A stretch of DNA of 64,000 nt, from positions 434,001-498,000 of the forward strand of contig CBFDEM010000038.1 of NCBI GenBank assembly GCA_965603825.1. The letters run 5' to 3'. A model generated the notes under the pieces. The model did not search any database. It had not been told where the DNA came from and saw only the letters and a program-made list of their open reading frames with translations. This document shows positions 25,592-38,671 of the stretch, in pieces. Position 1 is the stretch's first letter. The number at the start of each line of letters is the position of its first letter. This stretch comes from Blepharisma stoltei ATCC 30299. Taxonomy: Eukaryota; Protista; Ciliophora. The translations under genes and the position numbers were made by a program.

Positions 25592-26704
25592 TTACATATT
25601 CATAAACTCTGAAAATGTTATTTTCCCTGCTTTTTTATTGTTTTTCTCTCTTAGTTTATCATCTTTTTTACCGAGCTCATCTGCCAAAGATGAATTTGAA
25701 TCAATTTCTTCGCACTCAGGATACTCTACTGTAGGGAGACGATTATAATTCATCGATTTTTTAATATGGCTTTCATAAACTTTTATAGCGTTTTTAAGCT
25801 TTTCAATACAATCTTGATAAATATCTAATGCTTTATAGTAGTCTTTAATTTTCGACCTCAAATGAATCTTTTTAGGGTCATAACTCACTAATTTTGACTC
25901 TTTATACTCTTGCTCAAGTATTGATAGTGTGCCTATAATTACTTTCAGCTTATTTTTCGCATCTTTTAGCTCTTCTCTATATTTTACAATCATTTTTTTA
26001 ATTTTTTTCTCTGAAAATTTTACTTGTTTATTTTCATTTCCTAAACTTGAATTTTTATCATATTTAATATTTTGTTCATTTTTTAAATTTTTTTGTAAAA
26101 GCTCTTTTTCTTCTTCTTTTCTTTGAAGCAAAGAAGTCATAGTCAATTTTAATTTTTGCAGCTCAGAAGTAGATGTATCACATCTCAGCTCTTTCCCTAT
26201 CCCAGGTAAATAAATATAGCTTTCGCTATTTTTTATTTCATCTTTTGTATCAAATTTTACAGTTTCATTTAAACTTTTTTGTTTGCTGAGAGTTTTCGAA
26301 AAACTGAAATTTCTTGGGTCTTTTCCTTTAGATTTTCTTAATTTATCAACCTCATCATGAATTACTATATCTTGGTAGCTTAAATTAGCGACACTTTTGG
26401 CTCTTTTGTCTAAAGCATCATTATAAAGCTTTGTGGTAATTTTCTCAATTCGATTATTTTGCTGTAATCATAATTCTTTCTTTTTTGAAATTTTCTTTTT
26501 CTTTTTATTGGTAGTTGTGCTGATTTCTGGTAGAATTGTGATTTCTTTCTCAATCTTTAGCTTTATAGGGCTTTCTGTTTTGTAGCTTCAGTTTGACGGG
26601 AATCTGACGCGTCCAGGTAGAAAAAAAGTAGGAGATGCATCAGTTTCATGGATTGTTGTGTAGGTTCTATTAGGGCCTTGTGGGTTGATGTTTACAAGAT
26701 CCAT
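25592..26704 (-). CDS. Lys-rich coiled-coil protein of unknown function (370 aa)
   Basis: The frame of ORF 25592..26146 stays open (two TGA only) up to ATG 26704 (MDLVNINPQGP). Confidence 0.7.
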
Positions 26705-26907
26705 TATATTAAGTTTTTGAAGACAAAATTGATTTTTTTAAAAAATTATGAAAATAATTAATTTTTATCATAATTAAAGAAAACAATAAATCCAAATTTT
26801 CTTATTGTTAATTTCTTAAAAATAATAAATAATAAAAATTATTTGATCAGTAAATAAGATATGCATATTTAATGTCCATTTTTCACATAGAGACTGATTC
26901 TGATAAA

Positions 26908-27798
26908 ATGGATATGTCAGTAAAAATCTCCACCAATAGCCGGAAGCTGTACTTTATTGCAAAGCACCAATTTTCAACAGGTGTAAAACTATCAGAAACC
27001 CACTCATATCTCAAAAAAGGCTTCGCCGATTCACAGAGCTGATACACTAAATATGGTGCTATGGCAAGCACTCAGCTTTATCGCGAATTTCTACAATTTA
27101 TGAGTATGAATGAAGCAACCTCTGTGCTAGAAACAGGATCGGGCCCTGGCAATGGGATTTCTATAATTCAGAACTTAATCAACCCATCCTGCAAGTTTAC
27201 AGCAACCGACATAAGTCCAGGATTTCTTAAAGAATTAAAAAAAATAAAAGCTGGAAATTTTTTAGCTCAAGAAGCAAATATAGAAGAACTTCCTTTTCCC
27301 CAAGAATCCTTTGATCGATATATTTCCAATATGGCGATTCATAACGTCTCTGACCCTGAAAAAGCATTTAATGAAGCTTACAGAGTATTAAAAATTGGAG
27401 GGGTTTTAGGGGTTTCAACATTTGGTGGGAACGATAAAACAAATACTTATATGGCTCTTATGAAAAAATTTAGGAAGTTTATAAATCAGCCATATCATGA
27501 GTCAATTTTGAGCAATTTAAGTATTATGGGGTATCCTGAAAATTTTAAAAAATTTGCCTTGAAAATCGGGTTTAGAAGGGTCATTGGATACTCAGCAATG
27601 GCTGTATATCCTTTTAGGACACCTGAAGAAGCTGCTGATTTATTTTTAAGTTTTGGTCCTTTAGAGCAATTTATGAAAAATAATCCTGATAAAGCGGAAG
27701 AGCTAGAAAACCTAGTGATAAGGGAGTTATATGAGTGTTTGGTTACCAATGGAACTCCAATTGGATATGAGTCAACTATTTTAATTGCTCGTAAATAG
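26908..27798 (+). CDS. Class I SAM-dependent methyltransferase (Methyltransf_11/UbiE-like), possibly with a mitochondrial presequence
   Basis: Motif I VLETGSGPG, ATDISP, ANIEELPFPQESFD, YRVLKIGG. N-terminal extension across one TGA, with in-frame ATGs at 26872, 26908 and 26914. Ends TAG. Confidence 0.85.
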
Positions 27799-28161
27799 TT
27801 TAACTATAATATATTAGACTTATAGTCAAAATTCAATAAAAATATTGTATAAATCTCTTTTAAAATTAAATTATTAAAAATTATTTCAAATTATTCTTTT
27901 TTAAAAATTCCCAAAATTTACAAAAATTTTACCAAAAATTAGTGATTAATAAAATTTAATATAAAATTCAGTTTCAGGTCTAATTAAATTAGCTTATTAT
28001 TAATTAAAATTGATTTAAAGCTAAGCCAATTATTCTTTTTTGAAAAAATTGGTAAAAAAATTCCTCTTATTTGTATTTATATGATTTTTCAAAAAATTCT
28101 TTTATGCATAATTACCATATGATATCAGATCCATTATAATAATCAGCCACTGGTAGAAAAA

Positions 28162-28764
28162 ATGCAAAAAGCTCCAACTCAAGTTAAAGTTGTCCTCCTG
28201 GGCGATTCTGGTGTAGGCAAATCCAGTCTTGTCTTGCGTTTTGTCGCAGACAACTTCAAAAATGACGCAGACGCCACTATTGGCGCATCATATATGGGGA
28301 AAATCCTTCAGTTCAATGATAAGATGATAAAATTCAATATCTGGGATACAGCTGGACAAGAGAGGTATCACAGTTTAGCTAAAATGTACTACAGAGATGC
28401 CAATGCTGCTATCATGGTATATGACATAACTAAAAGAGACAGTTTTGAAGGGCTCAAAAGATGGCACAAAGAGCTTCAAGACTTCGGCCCAAAAGACATA
28501 GTCGTCACAATTGCAGGAAACAAAGAAGATTTAGTTGAAACTGAAGCAGTTCCACAAGAAGAAGCGAAAGAGTATGCAAAAAACATTGGAGCTTTGTATA
28601 GAAAAACGTCAGCTAAAACGAATTATGGTGTTGAACAGGTTTTCCGTGACATTGCGACTAAAATGTGCCCAGATCTAGAAAATCAAACTCCACAAGCAAA
28701 GAGAGGGACTATAGTGGTACAGCCAAATAAGCCTGCAAGCGAGAAGAAGAAAGGGTGCTGCTAA
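28162..28764 (+). CDS. Rab GTPase, Rab5/Rab22-like group (200 aa)
   Basis: GDSGVGKSS, TIGAS, WDTAGQERYHSLA.MYYR, GNKED, TSAK, C-terminal GCC prenylation motif. Confidence 0.95.
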   Translation: MQKAPTQVKVVLLGDSGVGKSSLVLRFVADNFKNDADATIGASYMGKILQFNDKMIKFNIWDTAGQERYHSLAKMYYRDANAAIMVYDITKRDSFEGLKRWHKELQDFGPKDIVVTIAGNKEDLVETEAVPQEEAKEYAKNIGALYRKTSAKTNYGVEQVFRDIATKMCPDLENQTPQAKRGTIVVQPNKPASEKKKGCC

Positions 28765-29462
28765 TAAATACACTTAATTTCAATATTATTTTAGGAAAAA
28801 TAGTAAATCATTAGCACAAATTGGGATAAAGTTTTACTTATAAAGAAGATTTTTGATTATAAAATGCTATTGCATATTTTTGAAGATAGAAATATGGTTT
28901 ATCTCCCTTTATCATGAGCAAATGCCAAAATATTTAACTCTTCTATTTGGCATTTATAATTTTCCCTTATAAAAATAATCATTTATAATAGCAGCAGATA
29001 AATCATTATTTATTAAAATGAAGTAAGTTTGCATGTTATCGATAGCATAAATTAAGAAATTTATAAAATTTCAGATAAATGTCCTTTATTAATTTATTCT
29101 TTAGCCACACAAGTTCAGCTTATTTCATATCTAAAACTAATCCTTTTGCCCGCAAGATGAAAAAGATTATGAAGTTTGATTCTGATTTTTTTCAAAGTTA
29201 GCTCTTTTTATATCAATCCACAAGAGCAAGATAAATAGGCTATTAAAGTCAAAAAAGACAAAAGAGCACAGCTATATCAAATTATAACTGATTTCATCCA
29301 CAGAAAAAACAAATAAACATCTCATAAATTTTTTAATCATAATTATTTCAAAAACCTAAAAAATATAGCATACCTTTGACAATTGGGAATTCTCTAGGTT
29401 CTATATCAATACAAAATGCATTTTCTTAACTTCTAAATGGTGTTTTATAACATTTTTATTGG

Positions 29463-29801
29463 ATGGGAAAGCGCACAAAGAAGGTTGGAATCGTAGGAAA
29501 ATACGCAACAAGGTACGGTGCTTCTCTCAGAAAGATGGTCAAAAAGATTGAAATATCTCAACACGATACTTATGAGTGTGCTTTTTGTGGGAAAAAGACT
29601 GTGAAGAGAACATGCGTCGGAATCTGGAAATGCAAGCACTGCTGCAAGACCATTGCTGGAGGAGCTTGGGCACCAACAACTGGAGCTGCTCTTACAGCAC
29701 GTCACAACATTCAAAGGTTGCGCAAGTTAATGCAGACTGGAGCTTCCCAAACTACAGAAGCCACACCACAAACCCAACCACAAGCACCAGCTAAAAAGTA
29801 A
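29463..29801 (+). CDS. RPL37A: 60S ribosomal protein eL43 (L37a)
   Basis: [25 protein letters not shown]-x2-C...C-x2-C zinc ribbon, IAGGAW. Confidence 0.97.
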   Translation: MGKRTKKVGIVGKYATRYGASLRKMVKKIEISQHDTYECAFCGKKTVKRTCVGIWKCKHCCKTIAGGAWAPTTGAALTARHNIQRLRKLMQTGASQTTEATPQTQPQAPAKK

Positions 29802-29900
29802 CCTAAGAATTTTCACATAGTTGAAGCTAAGAAATTTGTTAAAATTAAGCAAATAAAGTAGGCAATAATCACAAATTGTTAGGAATAAGTTCATTAGAAT

Positions 29901-31841
29901 ATGAACAAGCTAGTTAAATATGGATCTCTCTTTATCTTGTTTATGTGAGTTGGAATTATTTTCCTATTTTTTGCTAGTCTAAACCAAAACAGCTTCAAGT
30001 TTATTGTGCAAGAAATTAATTTTTATCAAGAAAATCCTGTGCCTAAAATATCTCTGTATGATGATGAAAAAATCATTAAAAATCTTGATTTGGCATGCAA
30101 ACCTGAGTCATTTGGATACACTGAAAAAGAAACAGCTTTTATATTTCCAGATAAAAAATATCCAAAATGTTATAGAAATGATACAGATATTATGATTGAT
30201 ATGAATTTTGATACAAATTTGTTTACTATGAATTGTAGTGGAAAGTTTGTTCTTGGCACATTTGAAGGTGGGGAAAGTTTACAAGAGCAAGTGTTTTCTA
30301 ATTTAGTTCAGGCTTATTCTGAGCCAGTTTCACTAAAATCAGAAGAATGGGCATTTGCGTCGTGTGAAAATTTTATTTTGGATAATTATGAGCATGTTAT
30401 ATACAAACTGAGAAAAAATCAAAAATCATTAGAAAGAGCCAAAAACAGCTTAAAAGGAAAACCAATAAATATCATAATGCTTGTAGTAGACTCTTTATCA
30501 AGGAGAAATTTTTTCAGAAAATTACCAAATACAGTTAATTTTTTAAACAAAAATTTATCAAGTGATTTTTCTATTTTTGACTATAAACTCCATCATATTT
30601 TAGGCCAAAACTCAGATACACATTATATGCCGACGTTTTTTGGGGACATTTTTTATCAATTTCAATCGAAAATGGCAAAGGAAGATCCATATTATGATGA
30701 TTCTTTATGAAAATATTTACATGAAAGAGGATTTGTAACGCTATTTGGAATGGACTATTGTGGAGATATATTAGCTAGTTTTTTAGGAAAAAAACCAAAA
30801 TTTGACCATATTATGGGGAAGTTTTGGTGTGCGGCTAATCAAATGTATGGCTATTCCCAGAGTGCTACAAAAGAAAGGTGTATTGGTAATAAAAATGCGC
30901 ATGAATATTTATTGGACTATTTTTTGCAGTTTTCTGAGGCTTATAAAGAAGTTTCAAGGTTTTCTTATATACATTTAAGCACTGCACATGAAAGTACAGG
31001 GACTGTGATTTCGACGCTTGATGACGATTTAGTAGGATTTTTAAGAAAATTTTTGGGTTTTAAAGAAGACTCTGTTTTGTTTTTAATGGGAGATCATGGC
31101 ATGCGATATGGAAATTGGCATAAAACAAAAAATGGAGCCCAAGAGCATAAGCTTCCTTTGTTCCTTATAATTCCTTCTAATTCTGTTTTAGCTCAAATCC
31201 CTGAAAGCTCTTCTATTTTGAAGCAGAATTCGAATAGACTTATAAGCAAGTTTGATTTCCATACAACTTTATTAAATTTGGGAAATTTTCCTAATGAGGA
31301 TAAAGAGGAAATTAAATTGAAAACTTCTAAAAGATATAGAACTTATAACTTATTTTCTGATATAATTCCAACTGATAGGAAATGCGAAGACATTGGGATC
31401 TCAAATCATTGGTGTGGATGCCCTCATTATGAAGCCATTCCTACAGACAACACAATGGTTAAAAGCCTTACAATGCTAATCATCAGGAACTTGAACCTTG
31501 AAAACTTATTTAAAAAATCATATAAAATCTGCAAAGAAATGAGCATTAAAGATATTATTTATATAGGCAAAATAGAAGCTAAAGATTACTATAGCTTAAA
31601 AGTAATATTCACTATAAAAGAAAGTGAGACTGCAATTTTTGAAATTTTATTAGAGCTTTCATACCAAGAGTTACCAAAAAGAGAAAATGAATTTTTTGAG
31701 TCAAAAAATGCAAAGTATGAAAATTTCAAGTTTTATAAAATAAAATACATCCAAAGGCTAGATGATTATATAGATGGATGCGCTGAGCTGGTTTTGCTGA
31801 GAGGTTTGGATCCGCTCTACTGCATTTGTGAAAATGATTAA
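29901..31841 (+). CDS. DUF229-family type-II membrane protein, short form (646 aa); most divergent member of the second cluster
   Basis: ATG 29901 (MNKLVKYGSLFILFMW...), in frame with 30006 and 30750 through TGA. Motifs VVDSLSRRNFFR, GQNS, MGDHGMRYG, YCIC. Confidence 0.85.
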
Positions 31842-31871
31842 TAATTTCTTTAAATAAACTTTATTAGGAAA

Positions 31872-33935
31872 ATGAATAAGGTCGTAAAAATAGGAACTTT
31901 CTCATTACTTCTGCTATGAATTTTTATCATTACAATTCTTATTGAATTTCCAGAGGAGAGCGAGCCAGAGGCAATAGTAAATCTAAATCTAGTGCCAGAC
32001 ATTGGAATTTTGATTGAATCTCCAATAGTAGAAACTGAGCACCAAAAAGCTGAAATATCCAGAAATAGTCAACTGAATATGCGAGACGATGAAATTTCTA
32101 TCAATCCTCTTAATTTAGCCTGTAAACCTGAATCTTTTGGATATAGTGAAGAGGAAGCTTTCCTTTTATTTCCAAATAAACAATACCCGCAGTGCGAGGA
32201 AAGATATAAATCAACCCAAGAAATGTTTTATATTGATCGCAAAAATGACACTTTATATATGAATTGTACAGGAAGAGTTGTATTAGGACAATTGGAAGTT
32301 CGTGAACAGCTTGGGAAATATGTATTTAATAACCGAATTAAAGAATATTGAGGCCCAGTTCAACTAGAGACACAGGAGTATGCATTTGGAACCTGCGATT
32401 TAAATAAGAGAACAGATTTTGAGCACGTTACCTACAAGCTGAGACCAAAGGAGGAATCTTTAAAAAGAGCTAAAAACTCTTTGGTTGGGAAGCCTATAAA
32501 TATCGTTATGCTAGTAATTGATTCTCTCTCACGGCGAAGTTTTTTTAGAAAACTCCCTATGTGCCTTGACTATTTAAATTCCAATGCTAAAAATTTTTCA
32601 ATTTTTGATTTTAAGCTTCATCATATCATGGGCCAAAATTCTCCTGCAAGCTACATGCCTACATTCTTTGGAGATATGCCATTTAAACAGTCAAGAAAGA
32701 TTTTCAGAGGAGATTTATATTATTCCATTTCTATATGAAAATATTTGCATGACAGAGGATTTGTGACTATGATAGGGATGGACAACTGTGGAGACAACTT
32801 GCCAAGCTATATAGGAAGAACTCCTAATGTTGACCACATAATGGGATCATTTTGATGTGCAGCTAAAGCTTATTATGGGTACAGTCAAAGTTTAAAGAAA
32901 GAGCGATGCATTGGGAATAAAAATGCTCACACATGAATGCTGGACTTAATATTAGACTTCTCAGATACCTATAAAAACGTATCAAAATACACTTATATGC
33001 ATGTAAACACAGCCCATGAAGAAACAGGGACTGTGATCTCTACATTAGATTTAGACCTTAAAAATTTCCTTCAAGATTTTACAAGCCGAGATGAAGATTA
33101 TGTATTATTCCTAATGGGAGACCATGGCATGAGGTATGGGTCATGATTTAAATCAAAAGATGGCTCACATGAGCACAAACTGCCACTCTTATTAACTATA
33201 GTAAAAAATTCAGTTTTAGAGAATGCCCCTAATAGCACAGAAGCATTATTACACAATTCAAACAGACTCATCAGTAAACTTGATTTTCACACAACTTTGC
33301 AGCATCTTGGAAACTACCCTGATATGGAATCTGGGATTTTTGACATTAGACAAAAAACGTCAAAAACCAAAAAAACTTATAATTTATTTTATGATCATAT
33401 CCCTGATAACAGAACTTGTGAAGATGCTGGGATACCTGTATATTGATGTGGATGCAAGCCTTTTGAAGAAATCACTGAAAACACTCAAGATTTTGACTAT
33501 TTAGCAAATAATATTATAGATACCTTTAACCATGAAAATAAAATAGATGATAGCTCAAAAGAAACAATCTGCCAAAAGCTAAATTTAAATAAAACTTCAT
33601 ATATAGGAAAACAAGAAGATAGCGACATAAGTTACTGAAAAATAAAATTCTCAATCCAAGAAAAAGCCTCAGCGCTATTTGAAGTCATAATCAGACTCTC
33701 CAAAACTCAAATCACAAAAAGAGAGTCTGAATATTTCAATGTAAGAAATATCACCTTTGGAGAAATGAAATATTACAACATAATGAATGTCAACAGGCTC
33801 GATGCCTACGACAGCGTCTGCAAAGACGAAATCCTCAAAAAAGGCTTCGACCCTGTTTATTGCATTTGCAATGAAAGTGACTTTACTATCCCTGCCCTTA
33901 ATACTACACAAACCGAGGATTCAGAAAGACTCTAA
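31872..33935 (+). CDS. DUF229-family type-II membrane protein, short form (687 aa)
   Basis: Single frame from ATG 31872 to TAA 33933-33935 with several TGA=Trp codons; all family motifs intact. Confidence 0.85.
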
Positions 33936-33967
33936 ATTACCATTAAGAAATATCTAAAATTATTTCA

Positions 33968-34816
33968 TTAGACTTGAAAAGCCGGGATTTTGTTTTCTAT
34001 TGGATTTGTCATACCTAAATTATAAAGTGTTGTTGTCAGCCAGCGTCTCGTGTTTTCGTCCATCATCATTGCCTGAGTTGGCTCTTTAAACGACGCTGGG
34101 ATATATTTTCTCAAAAATTCTCTGCCTTTCGCATGCTCTGAAATTCTTAGAAAACACCTTACAATATGTTTCAGCAGCCTCTGTGACGGGGTTTCTTTCA
34201 TAGTATCAATCATATTGTTAAGCACACTGCAAACTGTATGAAGCCTATCAAAAGTCTGACATAAATAAACTAAGCCATTTTCGTCTGATAGGATTTTTTG
34301 TATAATAAAAGTCGCCACTGTTTTCGATAATTCGCTACCTCTGTCCATGATTCTTAAACATAATGGGATAATTTCTGTATGAATTAAAAAATTGATAACT
34401 TCAGGGTCGTCTGCCTTCACTAAAGCACCTATAACACCTAAAGAAGTTAGCTTTAAATACTCGTAAGGTCGGGAATTACTGATTGTATTGAGAAATGGGT
34501 ATAAAAATAAAGGAATGTGAGCTGATAAAAAGAGGCTGCGGGTTTCAGTGTGAGAGGCAACACATTGCAAAAGGGCGAGGACGTTGCAGACCCTGTTTGA
34601 AGCTGTAACACTGAGGGTGGGAGGGACCAGAAGTGGGTAGACGTCAACGATTTCTTGAAGAAGTGCTGCAATGGTACCTACTGAATGTCAAAGAATTGGG
34701 GCAAGCTCTGTAAAAGATTCTCGATTTCGTGAAAGTTCAACGAGGGCTTCTTCTCGCTTTTCTGGGATGATGAGATCTTGGACGAGCTTAGACATGACTT
34801 GCTTGATGTTTTCCAT
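33968..34816 (-). CDS. CNOT9: CCR4-NOT subunit 9 / Rcd1 / Caf40 (282 aa)
   Basis: [22 protein letters not shown](W)[61 protein letters not shown]. The conserved Trp is TGA at 34688-34690. Confidence 0.95.
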
Positions 34817-35199
34817 ATTTAACACTATAGTAATATTTTGTATAAGAAAAGTAAAAATTAGAAAAATTGAAGATGGATTTTTTATTATAAATTATTATGA
34901 TGGTTTTTTATAGGAAAGAAATGGAGTTTATATACTGTTTTTTAGGGAAAAGGATGCTTTGGAATAGTTTAGGGAGCTAAGAATGCTGTTATTAATGAGA
35001 AATTTCTTTTCAACTTCAATTAGCGAAAATGGAATGATTTTTAATAATTTCTTTGATATAAGCTAATGAAAATGCCATTTTTTATAATACTTTATGCTAT
35101 AAACTATTTTTATGCTTCTGATAGTTATAAAATGTTTTAGGTTTTATATATAAATTACGTGCTAGAAAAGCTGATATTTGATATTGATTTTTTGAGCGT

Positions 35200-36040
35200 G
35201 AAGAAAATCCAGGACTATATTTTAGACTTCTCAGATATCTACTAAATGTATAAAAATACAATTATATGCATATAGACACAGCTCAAGAAGAGACAGCGAG
35301 TGTGATTTCCACATTAGATTTAGACCTAAGAAAGATGAAGATTACATATTATGACAAATGGAAGACCACAGCATGAGGTTTGAGTCATGATTTAAATCAA
35401 AAGATGGCTCACATAAGCACAAGCTGCCGCCCTTATTAACTATAATAAAAATTCAGTTTTAGAGAATATTCCTAATATCACAAAAGCATTATTACACAAT
35501 TCAAACATAATAATCAGTAATCTTGATTCTCACACAACTTTGCAGCATCTTGGAAATTATCCTGATATGAGGTCTAGCATGAATGGCATAAAAATAAAAC
35601 CTCACAAACTATAAAAACTTATAATTTATTTTCTGATTTTATTCCAGATATACTCATTATCCCTGCTTATAGGTGTGTTTTAATAATGAATAGGCAAATT
35701 AGTGAAATTTAATTTTATTTGATTTTTTCATGAGGCTGACTCTATATTTTTCATCACATTTTCGGTTAAGTTCTATCTATGGATTGTCAGCAATTTATGG
35801 CTTAAGGGCTTATATATTGTATTAATTAAAGTAGTTAATAATTAATGTGCTGATAATCAATATTATAGAAACAAATAGGAATTAGAATATTTTAGTATGA
35901 AAAAGTATCAAATTTAGACAAATAAAATATTGCAATATAATAAATATCTATAGACTAATCTCTTATGAGAGAATTCTGCAATGACGAAATTATCAAATAA
36001 GGTTTTGATCTAGCTTATTGCATTTGAGACGAAATGCTTT
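35200..36040 (+). pseudogene. Degraded DUF229 relic (central part ~35200-35650 plus C-terminal scrap ~35950-36040)
   Basis: Nucleotide similarity to neighbouring copies (ggactatattttagacttctcagat, tatatgcatatagacacagc, tcaaaagatggctcacat, cacacaactttgcagcatcttggaaa, cttattgcatttg) with indels and substitutions in conserved motifs. Appears closest to the 31872 copy. Confidence 0.85.
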
Positions 36041-36610
36041 AATTGCAAGACACACAATGGTAATAATTATGATTTTATAGCTCTAGAGACCTGCAAGATT
36101 ATTAATAATTTTTCATTGGTAGGCAAAGAATAAAAAAAAGTGATCTTAAAAAATTTTGCTGCATGCTTCTGAAGCTCCTAGATATGTTGTAAGCTTAAAA
36201 ATAGCATATAAAGAGCTAAAATTGTAAAAGAATTATCATATTTTAAATAGCTTTGTGTTGCGGTTACAGAATTTGATAAAAATGGAATAATATCTATTTT
36301 AGCTTATCTAAACATTTTGAATATGTAAAAGCAAATATATAAATATATTTAAAAATTTGAAGTTAATTTAAAGAATAACTAATTTATTGAAGAAATAATA
36401 AGAGTAAAGTTTATTTTCTGTAACAATTATTTGTGATATTCTTACCAAAAATAAAAAAAATTAGGTCAATAATTAAACTTTGGAGACCTAAATTCATAAA
36501 TAATACACAACTATCTACCATAAGCAAATCTCTAATTTTATTTTGCATAAAGAACACTCTTCTTAATTTATTATCAATGCAGAATTTTTTTAAAATTTCC
36601 TGCCATTATA

Positions 36611-38671
36611 ATGAATAAAGCTTTAGAAATTGGAACTATTGTATTTCTTCTCCTCTGGATTGTTTATGTCTATACACTTATTGCTCTTCCAGACAGAGAG
36701 CTGCAAAGAAGAAAATCCCAGGAATCTGATGTTGATGTCTCAATTGATTCTCCAATAGACAACACACCTCCACATCGTGCAATGTCACGAGAAACCTTAC
36801 TAGATATGATGGATGATGAAGAGTCAATCTACCCTCTTAATTTGACCTGCAAGCCTGAGTCCTTTGGGTACACATTGGAGGAAGCCCTTTTTTTATTTCC
36901 AAATGTTACATATCCAAGATGTGAAACTAAATACAAATCAAGCCCAGAAATGTTCTATATCGACAGAAAAGATAATACTTTGCATATGAATTGCAATGGA
37001 AGAGTAGCGCTGGGGGCTTTGGAAGAAGATGAAGAATTTGGGAAATATCAGTATTCTAATAGGTTGAAAGAATACAAAGGAGAGCCAATCGCCCTTGAAT
37101 CAGAGGAGTATGCATTTGGGTCCTGCGATCCCTACAAAACTACAGATTTTGAGCATGTGGCATATAAGGTAAAGCCAAACCATGAGTCTTTAAAAAGAGC
37201 TGAAAAATCATTGAAAGGGAAACCTCTAAATATTGTTATGTTAGTTATCGACTCACTCTCCAGAAGAATGTTTTTTAGAAAACTCCCAAAATCTGTAGAG
37301 TATTTAAATTCCATTGCAAAAAATGTGTCTATTTTCGATTTTAAACTCCATCATGTTATGGGACAAAATTCTCAATATAGCTTCATGCCTACATGGTATG
37401 GAGATATACCAATTGTGGTATCTCCAATGAATAAGGGAGACTTATATTATGACGTCTCCATATGGAAATATTTGCATGAGAGAGGCTTTGTAACAATGAT
37501 GGGAATGGATAATTGTGGTGACAATTTACCACAATTTATAGGAAGAAAACCAAGAGTCGACCACAAAATGGGCTCAATATGGTGTGCAGCTAGCGCTCAA
37601 TATGGGTATAGTGAGAGTTTGAAGAAAGAGAGATGCATTGGGAATAAAAATGCCCATGCATGAATGATGGACTATATTTTAGACTTTTCAGATGTCTATA
37701 AAAATGTATCAAGATACACTTATATGCATATAGATACAGCGCATGAAGAAACAGGAACTGTTGTCTCCACAATCGACTTAGACTTAAAATCTTTTCTTGA
37801 AGATTTTACTAGTAGAGATGAAGACTATGTACTATTTTTGATGGGCGACCATGGCATGCGATATGGACAATGGTTTAAATCAATAGATGGCTCACATGAG
37901 CACAAATTGCCACTCTTACTAATCATAACAAAAGATGGTGTGCTAAATAATATTCCTGGAAGCTATGACGTTTTGCAGCACAATTCAAATAGAATATTAA
38001 GTAAATTTGATTTCCACACAACTTTACAGCATCTTGGAAACTACCCTGACTTAGAATCTCATAGAGAGGAAATCAGAAAAAAGACATCAAGAAGATTGAC
38101 AACTTATAATTGGTTTACTGATTATATCCCAGATAACAGAACTTGTGAAGATGCCGGAATCCCTATTTATTGGTGTGGCTGCCAGCCTTTTAAAGAAATC
38201 AAGGATGATATAAACTCAGAGAAATTCGTTTATTTAACAAATAGTATCATAGAAACTTTTAACACAGAAAATAAAATTCACCGTAAGCCAGTAAAAAACA
38301 TTTGCCAAGAGCTACATTTAAATAAAAATACATATATAGGGAAACTAAAGGATAGGGATGAAGACTATTATAAAATAAAATTTACAGTCCTAGAAAAAGA
38401 ATCAGCACTGTTTGAGGTTATTGTAAGGCTCTCACAATTCTGAACAGATAAAAAAGAATCAGAATATTTCAATGTGAAAAGTATTGATTTTGATGGTAAA
38501 AGGTTTTACAATATAATGAATATCAATAGACTGGATTCGTATGATGGCATCTGCAAAGATGAAATTGTCAAAAATAGGCATGACCCAACTTATTGCATTT
38601 GTGATGAGGAGGATTTTAAGAGAAAACATTCAATTAACCAAGAAGGGAACAATAATTCGGGAAGACCATAA
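36611..38671 (+). CDS. DUF229-family type-II membrane protein (686 aa)
   Basis: ORFs 36611, 37664 and 38474 in frame, joined by two TGA; motifs intact. Confidence 0.88.

Noticed and set aside
33443-33455. Selenocysteine or UGA=Cys decoding (TGA next to Cys codons, e.g. tat tga tgt gga tgc)
   Set aside because: The same position is TGG in paralogs (YWCGC), so the residue is Trp.
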